Below are positions 38,753 to 49,289 of a stretch of DNA of 64,000 nucleotides, one piece after another. Positions within the stretch are counted from its first letter, which is position 1, and every line of letters begins with the position of its first letter. The stretch covers positions 97,549,604-97,613,603 of the forward strand of contig NC_092383.1 of the NCBI RefSeq assembly GCF_030028105.1, written 5' to 3'. Position numbers and translations under genes: made by a program. The stretch comes from Mobula birostris. Taxonomy: Eukaryota. The notes beneath the pieces are model-generated. The model did not search any database and had not been told where the DNA came from. It saw nothing but the letters and a program-made list of their open reading frames with translations.

Positions 38753-39411
38753 AATGTCTGCTCCCTATCCAAAGCCTTCACATTCTTCATATAATGAAAT
38801 GACTGGAACAGAAAGCAATACTTCAGATCTCCAAACTAGGGATTTTAAGGATACAGTATAACTTCCTAATTTATGAACTCATTGCCTCAACTAAGCCAGT
38901 ACCTTATTTTACCACCCTATCAATATGCAGCCACATTTCCCTGCTATTGTCTGCATCTGAGCCATATCCAATTGCACCTATTGGCACTTCTCTCTACAAT
39001 GCACAACACCACCAATCTTTATCTCATCTATAAACATGCTAACCTTCCCGTCTACATTTCTATCCAAAGAACAGTTAGAGGCCTTAAAGGCTCACAACCC
39101 TGCTTCCTGCTCACTGAGATCAGGGTTGGGCTGATCTTGATCTTAGCTCTGCTTTCCTGCCTGTTCCCACGCCTTCCCCAACTCCTTTCCACATCAAAAC
39201 TCTGTCTCAGTCCTGAACACAGGGACTCAGCCTCCACAGCTCTTTTTGGGAGAAAATTGCATTGATTCCAGACCTTTGGCAAGGGGATCATCTCTCTCTG
39301 AAATGGTAGTCCCTTATTTTGAAACTGTGCCCTCATTCAGAACCCACCTCACTCTGATTCCTGCTCCAGTCTCTAAGCTCACCTGCTGACTGCCTCCTCT
39401 TGTCTCCTCAG

Positions 39412-39714
39412 ACTGGATGGGGACTGTGAAAGGAGCTTCGGGACAGACAGTCTCCTTACGTGCTGGGATCACACCTTGGCGGGATGTTTATCAGGTGGTG
39501 TGGAGATCAAACGGAACCAGAATAGCAGAATACACAAATGGCACCATTTCCTACTTCGGTACTGAGGAGTACAAGCAACGGATAACTCTTCATCCCGGGG
39601 ACTTCAGTCTGGAAATCCGTGATCTACAGAGAGAGGATGCCGGTGATTATGAGGTGGAAATTGCTGTGGGTTCTGGAGCTGAACTTAAGGCGAGAGTGCG
39701 ACTGGAAGTGAACG
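39412..39714 (+). CDS. Ig V-set domain exon D
   Basis: Acceptor tgtctcctcAG at 39411, donor G|GTGAGT at 39715; 303 nt, phase 1/1. Translation (D)WMGTVKGASGQTVSLR...VVWRSNGT...RITLHPGDFSLEIRDLQREDAGDYEVEI...VRLEVN. Confidence 0.9.
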
Positions 39715-40999
39715 GTGAGTGAGACACGGCGAGGGGCCTGGGTTTTACCAGTTCCTGAAACACCCTAATTAATGGGTGACGGGAGATCCTGGCCATTCCA
39801 CTCTTTACTGAACCCCACTGCCTGATTGTCCATGTCTAAGATATTCATTCTTGGGGGTAGAGGTGGAGAGTTTGGGAGGGTTGGTTGGAGTAGCCTGTCT
39901 GAGTATCTGCAGTGACATTGACAGGTACACACAGCGGCCACTGTGTACCCCAGTGGTGGAGCTGAAGTTCCCCCAGACGATAAGATAATTGCCATTGTCG
40001 GTGGAACTCTAAAGAATGGACACCTCTCAAATGAATCATGTTTGCATCACCCTGATCCACAGAGGGGTTTGATCCTGGGACAGAGATCCACCTAGTTCTG
40101 TAGCACAGGTCTTCAGTACCACACCTGGGTGTAGTCTGGTCCCATAGTTGTTGCTGTATCCAGTAATCTGATGTCACAGGGAATGAACTGAATTGTCTGG
40201 AGACTGGATTTTGTGATGGGGGATCTCAGGAGGAAGCTGAGGGAGATTGTCCACTCAGCACTTCTGTCTGAACATGGATGTGAATGATCAGCCTTATCTC
40301 TGGCACTCACACGCTGGGTCGCACCGTCAGTGAGGGAGGGGATGTTTATAGAGACTCCACCTCCCATCAGCTGTTGTCCATGACCAGATGTAAGGGGACT
40401 GTGGAGCTTTGATCTGATCTGTGGGGTGTGGGATCCCTCAGCTCAGTTTCCTCCGGCTTTGCTGTTGAACTTACACTTTATCCTGGTTACAGCTTCACCA
40501 GGTCGGCACCTCACCATTTTTAGAATTCCTTGGGCGGCTCCCAGTAGGTCCCTCTGCATCCTTCATCAAAACGTATTTGGTGCTGTCAGTGTTACATGGG
40601 CCAGAACTGTGTCGTTTTCCCAGTGAGGTCCAGTCCAGAGATATGGAGACCAGATCAGTGCACAGTGCTCCCAGCGTGGTCTCACAGGGATATGAAGACA
40701 AGATCTGTGTACAGAGCTCCCAGTCTGTAATAAACCAGGGATATAGAGAGTAGAACTCGGGCTTAAAAGAAATACTCGGAACGGGGACTGACGTTAATGG
40801 ACATGTGTGAGAGGTTATTGCAAAGAGACTGACAGTAATGGGAGTGTGTGAGAGGGAACTGATGGTAATTGGTGTGTCTGAGAGGTGATTGGAAGGGGGA
40901 CTGACGATAATGGGTTTGTGTGGGAGGTTTAGAAAGGGGACTGACAGTAATGGGTGTGTTTGAGAGGTGATTGGAAAGGCGACTGACTCTATGAGTTAA

Positions 41000-42200
41000 C
41001 ATAGAAAACCTACAGCTCAATACACGCCCTTCAGCCCCCAATGCTGTGCCGAATATGTACTTACTTTAGAAGCATAGCCCTCTATTTTTCTAAGCTCCAT
41101 GTACCTATCCAGGAGTCTCTGAAAAGACCCTATCATTATCCGCCTCCACCACCATTGCCGGCAGCCCATTCCACATACTCACCACTCTCTGTATTAAAAA
41201 AAACTTACCCCTGACTTCTCTGTACCTACTTCCAAGCACCTTAAAAATGTGTCCTCTTGTGTTAGTCATTTCAGCCCTGGGAAAAAGCTTCTTGACTATC
41301 CACACGATCAATGCCTCTCATCATCTTGTACACCTCTATCAGGTCACCTCTCATCTTCCGTCACTCCAAGGAGAAAAGGCCGAGTTCACTCAACCTATTC
41401 TCATAAGGCAATCTCCCCAATCCAGGCAGCATCCTTGTAAATCTCCTCTGCACCCTTTCTATAGTTTCTACATCCTGTAGGGAGGTGACCAGAACTGAGC
41501 ACAGCACTTCAAGTGGGATCTGACCATGGTCCTATAAAGCTGTAACATTACCTCTTGGCTCTTAAGCTCAATCGTATGGTTGATGAAGGCCAATACACCA
41601 TATGCTTTCTTAACCACAGAGTCAACCTGCGCAGCTGCTTTGAGTGTCCTATGTACTCGGACCCCAAGATTCCTCTGATCCTCCACACTGCCAAGAGTCT
41701 TACCACTAATACTGTATTCTGTCATCATATTTGACCTAGCAAAATGAGCCACCTCACACTTTTCTGGTTTGAACTCCATCTGCCATTTCTCAGCCCAGTT
41801 TTGCATCCTATCGATGTCCCGCTGTAACCTCTGACAGCCATCCACACTATCCACAACACCCCCAACCTTTGTGACATCAGCAAATTTACTAACCCATCCC
41901 TCCACTCCACATCCAAGTCATTTATAAAAATCACAAAGAGAAGGGGTCCCAGAACAGATCCCTGAAGCACACCACTGGTCACAGACCTCCATGCAGAGTA
42001 TGACCCATCTACAACCACTCTTTGCCTTCTGTGGGCAAGCCAATTCTGGATCCACAAAGCAAGGTCCCCTTGGATCCCATGCCTCCTTACTTTCTCAGTA
42101 AGCCTGGCATAGGGTACCTTATCAAATGCCTTGCTGAAATCCATATACACTACACCTACTGCTCTACCTTCATCAATGTGTTTGGTCACATCCGCAAAAT
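41000..42200 (-). mobile_element. CR1 LINE, 5'-truncated
   Basis: [14 protein letters not shown]...[21 protein letters not shown] (ORFs 41725-42189 and 41468-41905). Confidence 0.9.
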
Positions 42201-43500
42201 TCAGAGTTCATGATTTGTTTAGAAATTTGAAGGTGGGGGGAAAGCTGTTCCTAAGACATTGAGTATGTGTCTTCAGGCTCCGGTACCACCTCTTTGTTGG
42301 TAGTAATGAGATGAGGGCATGTGCTGGGTGGCTGGGATCCTGAATGAAGGACGCTGCCTTTTTGAGGCAGGTTCTTTTGATGTCGTTATTGCTTGGGAGG
42401 CTCGTGCACATGATGGAACTGGCCGAGTTTCCAATGCGCAGCAGATTCTTCGGCATGTTTTTACACTTCATCTCAGACAATGATACAACTGATCATGCCC
42501 TCCACAGTTCATCTGTAGAAACCTGCTTGAGTTTTTGGTGACATACCAAATTTTGTCAAACTCCCAATGAAATTGAGCCACTTACATGCCCTCTTTGAAA
42601 TTTACAGTTGGGCCCAGGATAGATCTTCAAAGATGTTGATGCTCAGGAAATTGAAACTCCTCACTCCTTTATATTGTTGATCCCTCAATGACGACTGGGG
42701 TGTCTTCCCTTGAATTTCCCTTCTTGAAATCCACAATCAATTCTGTGGTCTTACTGACGTTGACTGCAAAGTTGTTGTTACAACACCATTCAACCAGCTG
42801 ATCTATCTCACTCCACTCCTGTACACCACCTCATCACTGTCTGAGATTTGTATCATTGGTGAAATTTTAGATTGCAGTTGAGTTGTTACCAACCATACAA
42901 TCATGGGTTAGGTTTACAGTTAGGGTTAGAGAAAGTAGAACAATGGGCTAAGCACACAATTTTGAGGTGCACCAGTGTTGCTTGTGAACAAAGAGGAGAT
43001 GATCATTTTTTTCCGCACTCACTGTGATCTCCTGATGAAGAACTCCAGGATCTGGTTGCAGAGGTCCAGGGTTTGGAGTTTGTTGGTTAGTTCTGAGGGG
43101 ATGATGGGGCTGTAATCAATAGACAACCTGACATGGGTATCGCTGATGTCCAGGTGGTCCGATCCTGACTGGAGAGCCAGTGACATAGCATCTGCTATAC
43201 ATCTGTGGGCAAATTGCAGCAGGACCAGGTCTTTGCTGAGGCAGGAGTCAATTCTAGTCGTCATTAACCGTTCCAAGCTATTCACCAGAGTAGATGTGAG
43301 TGAAAGTGAGTGATGGTCGTTGAGGCGGCTCATTCTTTTATTTTTGGGCACCAGTATGAATGAGGCCTTTTTGAAGCGGTTGGGAACCTCTGGTTACAGC
43401 AGTGAGAGATTGAAGATGTCCTTGACACTCCCACCTGTTGGTTGACACAGATTTTGGGTGCCCTACCAGGTACAGCAAAGATGTTCTGACATCAGCTTCA
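42200..43500. mobile_element. Old Rex1/L2-type LINE fragments
   Basis: LTSTLVNSLERLM...DLVLLQFAHR...LCNQILEFF (43019-43351, minus strand). Confidence 0.6.
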
Positions 43501-43842
43501 GAGACAGATATCAATGGATTGCCGGGGGCTGGAAAATTTGGCAAGACCGTGTGAGCCAATTATGGAACGCCACTGGTTTTGTTAGCGGGTCAGAGTCAGC
43601 ACAAACCATATTCCGTACCTCAGCTGAGGTCCAGGGCTTTAGAATTGGGGTTTCTCTCACCATTGTTCGGGGAAATGGACCGATATCTTCCTAGTAGAGC
43701 TACCTGTTGCCTCAGCTCTTATTCCCTTTGATTTTGTTGTCTGTTGCCTTCGAAAAGGTGTTAATTCGGGGAACCATTCTGTTCCGGACCCTCGATGTGC
43801 AAACAATAGGCAACGCAGAATAGGTGGGTGGTTGCGGCTACT

Positions 43843-44334
43843 TCAATGACCTGAGAGGTCCTGAGGTGGATCACACGGAGGAGGGGGAGAAGCAGAAGCA
43901 GCCGGTAACTGTGGGTGCAGACTGTTGGCGGGTCCTGGAGCCGCGGCCATCGGTGTCCTGGGTTTTTTGTTAGAAGTAGTTTCTTTCTTACGTTTTGTCT
44001 TAGGTTGTTGGTGCTGTTTGGCCACTTGTTCCCATTTATTAAGACACCACATCACATAATCGAGGTACCATGTAGGATCTGCGCTAGCTGAATCAGTCGT
44101 CTCCTTCCAATATTTTATCTTTTTCTGGTAAAAAGAACCTCCATAAGGCCAATCCCCTTTATTCCAACCGTACAAATCACTAGAAAATGTAACCGAGTCC
44201 CTGCTGTCCACTGTTTCCAAAAAAACCTTATCTGCGGGTGATCCCAGGGGGAACCAGCAGTCACCCAGCAATTTCTTTGTCTTCTTGTACTTTTCGATTT
44301 TCTTCATTGTGGTGTCATTTACTGGTATTTTCAT
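43843..44334 (-). mobile_element. Probable endogenous retrovirus gag (matrix-like + proline-rich) remnant
   Basis: 163-aa ORF: basic N-terminus, DWPYGGSF resembling the WPxxGTF motif of gamma/epsilon-retroviral matrix, then SASPPPPCDP. Confidence 0.45.
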
Positions 44335-44997
44335 TTTAGGACCACTCAGGCATCACTTCTGAGGCACTGTTCTCGACGGTTTACCTTTAGAAAGGGCAGC
44401 TAACCTACCAGGACGGTTACCCATCTTTTCAAGTCTTAAACCTTACTTAACGGGTGTTAATATATTCCCACGCCCCAGCTATTGGCTTGTATAATCAACT
44501 GATTATGACGATGAACATCTGGGTCCAAAAAAGATCAGTTTTATTCTAATGCAATTTAAAATTTCAGTGTTCCCTGTCCCTTCTCCCAGTTTCTGTCCTG
44601 TTCTTACTCGAACTCAGGAACACTGGTCACCACCGGTAAGGGACAACGTTGTCTAACACAGTCCTGGTCCCCAGTCTTGAATCCCTTATTTCAGGGCAAT
44701 CTCATGTGCAGCCTTGTCTGACACCATCCCAGGTCCCTGGTCTTGAAGCCCGTCTTCCAGGGCAAACTCGTGGGCAGCCTATTTCCCTTCCAAGGGGCCA
44801 ATTTCTCCATCATAGGTTCACCATATCCCTTTTAAAGGGATCCCATCTCGTCACCGATATTGTCTGGGCATATCAAGTAACATTCGGACTGAAATATTGA
44901 TATTATCGGGGAATTCAAAAGAACAGTTGGACCCAGATATTCAACTGTTCCTTATTTCCGTGGCCATGTGAGAATCGTCTCTCAAACAGTAAGACTA

Positions 44998-46503
44998 CAG
45001 GTGTCCTCCGCTTTTCGAATGTTCACTTTACGAAACCTCACTGTGACGAAAAACCTACATTAATACCCTGTTTTCGCTTTCAGAAGGTGTTTTCACTGTT
45101 ATGAGGAAAGGCAGCGCGTGAAAAAATCAGTGCGCGATAAAAGGCAGCGCGCGCGCCGAGCAGCCGCTCTCCCTCGGATTCGGAACGGCATTGCTTTAAC
45201 ACGTTGCATTGAGCAGCCGTTAGCAAGATGATTTCAAAGGTGTCGGAAAAGCCTGAAAGAGTAAGGGTGTTACACAGCGTAAAACTAGACATAATTAAGC
45301 ATTTCGATCGTGGTGGATGAAGCAAGGACAAAGCTTGTGGAAGTTGACGAAGATGATGTTGAAGAGGTTTTGGCATCCCATGACCAAGAACTGATAGATG
45401 AAGAGCTGATGCAATTGGAAGAGGAAAGGATAACAATCGAAACCGAATGCAACCGAAGGCAGAAAGTGAAGCAACTGCGTGAGATTTTCGCTGCAATGAT
45501 AAAGTACGACTTTAATTTTGAAAGGGTACGCAGGTTTAGGGGATATTTGCAGGATGGTTTGAGTGCTTACAAACAACTGTATGATAGAAAAATGCGCGAG
45601 GCTGAGCAGTCAAGCAAGCCTTCCACATCAGCCACAGCAGACGACGAACATTGAGGTGGGCAGCCATAGGAGAAGGTGAGCTGCCTGCCTTGATTGACAA
45701 TGAGATGAGATGAGATGTTCCACCACCCCAACACCTGGGTCCCGGACAGATACTGTACCGATTTGCGAAGAACGCAGCGGTAGCCAGGAGGCATACAGCA
45801 CATCTTTAAGAAAAAAGCCGAAATAAACATGCTAATTAATTAGGTGCCGCCTAGCACGTAATTGTCGCCTCTGATCTGCGCCGACACTTACGTGCCGGGC
45901 AGCACCTAATTAATTAGCATGTTTATTTCGGCTTTTTTCTTAAAGATGTGCTGTGTGCCTCCAGCCTACTGCTGCATTCTTCGCGGCAATGTATTGGGGT
46001 GGGGGCCACTGTAACACCCAGCCTGCGACAACTCAGTCTAACACACCATCATCAGTGTGCTCAGCGCTGTTTTCCCAATTCCGGTAAGTGATACTACACT
46101 GTACATACATTATTTCTACTTTATATAGGCTGCGTATTTTTACGTGTTATTTGGTAGATTTGGCAGCTTCATAGTTTAAAGGTTACTGGAGAGCGCATTT
46201 ATGCCAACAGCGCTTGCGTGAGATTTTCGCTATGGAGATCTGTGCAGGCAATCGTTGTAGAGAAGTATTTCTACTTTATATAGGCTGTGTATTTATCATA
46301 TCATTCCTGCTTTTACTATATGTTACTGATATTTTAGGTTTTATGTGTTATTTGGCATGATTTGGTAGGTTATTTTTGGGTCTGCGAACACTCACAAAAT
46401 TTTCCCATATGAATAAATGGTAATTGCTTCTTCATTTCACGACATTTCGGCTTATGAACCGTTTCATAGGAACGCTCTACCTTCGGATGGCGGGGGAAAC
46501 GTG
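44998..46503 (+). mobile_element. Tigger/pogo-type (Tc1/mariner superfamily) internally deleted DNA transposon
   Basis: TA at 44996-44997 and 46504-46505; imperfect TIRs caggtgtcctccgc and gcgggggaaacgtg; transposase remnants SVKLDIIKHFDRG and EVDEDDVEEVLASHDQELIDEELMQLEE. Confidence 0.82.
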
Positions 46504-47079
46504 TATATAATTCATAATTCTTCCTTTTCAGACAGCTACAGACTTCAAGTCAAGGTTTCCTGATAATGTAAGTAGATGTAATCCAAGCATTTGTGAGACT
46601 GAATGGAAGTACCTTTTCACAACAAGCCCTGCAGCTGGAGGAGGGTGGTTAGCAATTAGCTCAGCATCTTGCTGTTATGCTTTAATAATACTTGTGGTTT
46701 TCCACACTCCCTTTTATCTTTTCAACATTTTCTGTTCCCTTCTACCAGAACATTCAGTGGTCATACATTTTCATTAACCCTCAAAATTTCCTCTCACCCA
46801 TTTTCCAGTGTTGCCTTCAGCTGTTCTTTTTGACTTCTCCTCCCATACTCCCAGCTCAACAAGACAGCTCCTCTCTGTGTCCGATCTCAGGAGTGTGTGG
46901 GACAGTGCAGAATGAACAAGGATCTGTGTTTTACTCGTAACTTCTTCTCGTTAAGAGGGTGCTGCTGAACCTCTGTGATCTCTGGCTGGCAGTTAATGAA
47001 ACAAGGACATCAACTAAATATTTGTTAACCAAACTTCTGGCAAACAATCATCACAATAGTCTGTAATTTTCCTTCGGGG

Positions 47080-47815
47080 TTGGAGGCAATTCGATGTGGC
47101 AGAACCGAGGCAAGGCGATGTGGCAGAACCGAGGCAATTCGATGTGGCGGAACCGAGGCAATTCGATGTGGCAGAACCGAGGCAATTCGATGTGGCAGAA
47201 CCGAGGCAATTCGATGTGGCAGAACCGAGGCAAGGCGATGTGGCAGAACCGAGGCAAGGCGATGTGGCAGAACCGAGGCAAGGCGATGTGGCAGAACCGA
47301 GGCAATTCGATGTGGCAGAACCGAGGCGAGGCGAGGTGGCAGAACCGAGGCGAGGCGAGGTGGCAGAACCGAGGCGAGGCGAGGTGGCAGAACCGAGGCG
47401 AGGCGATGTGGCAGAACCGAGGCGAGGTGGCGGAACCGAGGCGAGGCGAGGTGGCGGAACCGAGGCGAGGCGAGGTGGCGGAGCCGAGGCGAGGCGATGT
47501 GGCGGAGCCGAGGCGAGGCGAGGTGGCGGAGCCGAGGCGAGGCGAGGTGGCGGAGCCGAGGCGAGGCGAGGTGGCAGAGCCGAGGCGAGGTGGGGGAGGT
47601 GAGGCAATTCGATGTGGCGGAACCGAGGCAAGGCGAGGTGGCAGAACCGAGGCGAGGTGGCAGAACCGAGGCGAGGTGGGGGAGGTGAGGCAATTCAATG
47701 TGGCGGAGGCGAGGCAATTCGATGTGGCGGAGGCGAGGCAATTCGATGTGGCGGAACCGAGGCGAGGCGAGGTGGCAGAGCCGAGGCGAGGTGGGGGAGG
47801 TGAGGCAAGGCGAGG
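47080..47815. repeat. 24-nt-unit CpG-rich minisatellite
   Basis: Unit gaggcaattcgatgtggcagaacc and variants; gives 8-aa periodic ORFs. Confidence 0.95.
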
Positions 47816-48905
47816 CGGCGGACCCGTTGCCGACAGCGTGGGAAATCAAGAAAGATCAGGCACAGGCGGAATCGAAACTGCGTGGTCCAAGCACCAGACG
47901 TGACTGAGCACAATCTACGGATGGAGATTTACAGACCGAATCAATGCCATGGGGTCAGGCACCAGACACAACTAAGCATGATCTTTGGATGGAGAATTGA
48001 AGTGGTGAAGTCCAGCGTATCCAAGAGACGAGCCTGTTGTTCGGATGGAGATTTAACCACTGGGCCAGATAGAAAAGGTCAGGTTGTTGAGGCCGGAGGC
48101 AAGGCTTGGGCTGCCTCAGATCGCTGCTCAAAGCGGCAGAACCCGATGTTGGGATGGAGAGTTACGCTCCGAGCCAGATTGGAAACGTCAGGGTGTCAGA
48201 AAGGTCTGGGTGACGGGGACCGAGGTGAGGTTCGGGCTGATTAAGATCGCTGCTCCACAATGTTTACATGGCTCTACACTAAAGTATGGGACTCTCTTGC
48301 AGACCTCAGTTCAAAAACACGACTGGCTTGCAGTTACTGTTTACATGATGGATTGTTTCTATTGCACATTGAGTATTCTACGGTCTTTTTTCATATTGGT
48401 GTGTTTGTTTTTGTGTTTCTTTGTCTCGTGGCTGCCTGTCAGGAGATGAATCTGGAGGTTCTATAATGTATGCACATTTTGATAAACTGTACTTTGTACT
48501 TTGAACTTTAATTGGGGATAGAGTCAGGGATACAGGGTGATGGGGAGAGGGGTTTCTGTGGGAAGGTGTGAGGGAGTTGGATTAACATCAATTGAGATAA
48601 CAGTCAGCGATACAGGGCACTGTGGGAGTGTGGTTACCAAGTGACAGTGTGAAGGAACTTGTTTAACATCAGTGGAGATACAGCTGGTGACATTGTTGGC
48701 TGTGATTTAAGGGGAGTGATGTGAGGATGATTGGAACTGGAAGTGTGGGAATGGGATTAATTCTGTAATCCTTTCTCTCCATCCCCCTCCCCCTTTATGA
48801 TGGGGAGTTTTATCTGGCCTGTGGTGAGAGGGAGTGGATCCATCAATTCCTTGTCACTGGGAGTATGAGGATAGGATTAATTACAGAATCTTTTCTCCTC
48901 CCCAG

Positions 48906-49058
48906 ATCCTGCTGACAGATCGTCACACGGTGCTTGGATCATTCCCCTCGTTGTGATACTCATTCTGTTACTTGTGTGTTGCTGTATATATAGAAAGAGG
49001 GAGTATCTTCACTCACACTGGGACAAATGTATGGGAAAGAAATCCGGAACATCTGACG
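48906..49058 (+). CDS. Transmembrane exon 1 with juxtamembrane cytoplasmic segment
   Basis: Acceptor ttttctcctccccAG at 48905, donor G|GTAGGT at 49059; 153 nt, phase 1/1. Translation (D)PADRSSHGAWIIPLVVILILLLVCCCIYRKREYLHSHWDKCMGKKSGTSD. Confidence 0.85.
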
Positions 49059-49105
49059 GTAGGTGTCTCCCCCCCCCCCCCCCCCCCCCACCCACACACG
49101 ACCAG

Positions 49106-49284
49106 TGCCAGATTACAGATCGTCACACACTGGTTGTATAATTCCCATTGTGATACTCAGTTTGATCATTGCGTGTGCCGTACTGTATATAATCCGGGGT
49201 CATCTTTGCTCTGTAAACTCTGGCATCATTGTCACTCATGCAAGTCCACCCCGATGGGAAAGGCATCAAGAAGGATACATGTGA
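49106..49284 (+). CDS. Transmembrane exon 2 (paralog of TM exon 1), probably terminal
   Basis: accAG at 49105 after a C21 tract; phase-1 reading (V)PDYRSSHTGCIIPIVILSLIIACAVLYIIRGHL...EGYM*; shares acagatcgtcacac with TM1 at the same offset from the acceptor. Confidence 0.6.
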
Positions 49285-49289
49285 TGATG

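Noticed and set aside
27175-39760. Rearranging V gene segments (Ig/TCR/IgNAR)
   Set aside because: No CACAGTG/nonamer RSS next to the exons, each intact exon ends in a splice donor, and the canonical Cys pair is absent.
39840-40330. Minus-strand mini-exons with a PDYTQV tyrosine motif
   Set aside because: Weak splice sites, the 43-nt candidate is not frame-consistent, and the motif does not fit ITIM/ITSM consensus.
44615-44635. Retroviral primer-binding site (TGGTGACCA on the minus strand)
   Set aside because: Only about 9 nt resemble a tRNA 3' end and no LTR-terminal CA precedes it.
46855-46940. C2-like fragment (VCGTVQNEQGSVFYS*)
   Set aside because: Too short, stops before the expected Trp, and has no matching second half.
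47014-47903. 8-aa-repeat ORFs on both strands
   Set aside because: Translation of a 24-nt tandem repeat; no splice or start context.
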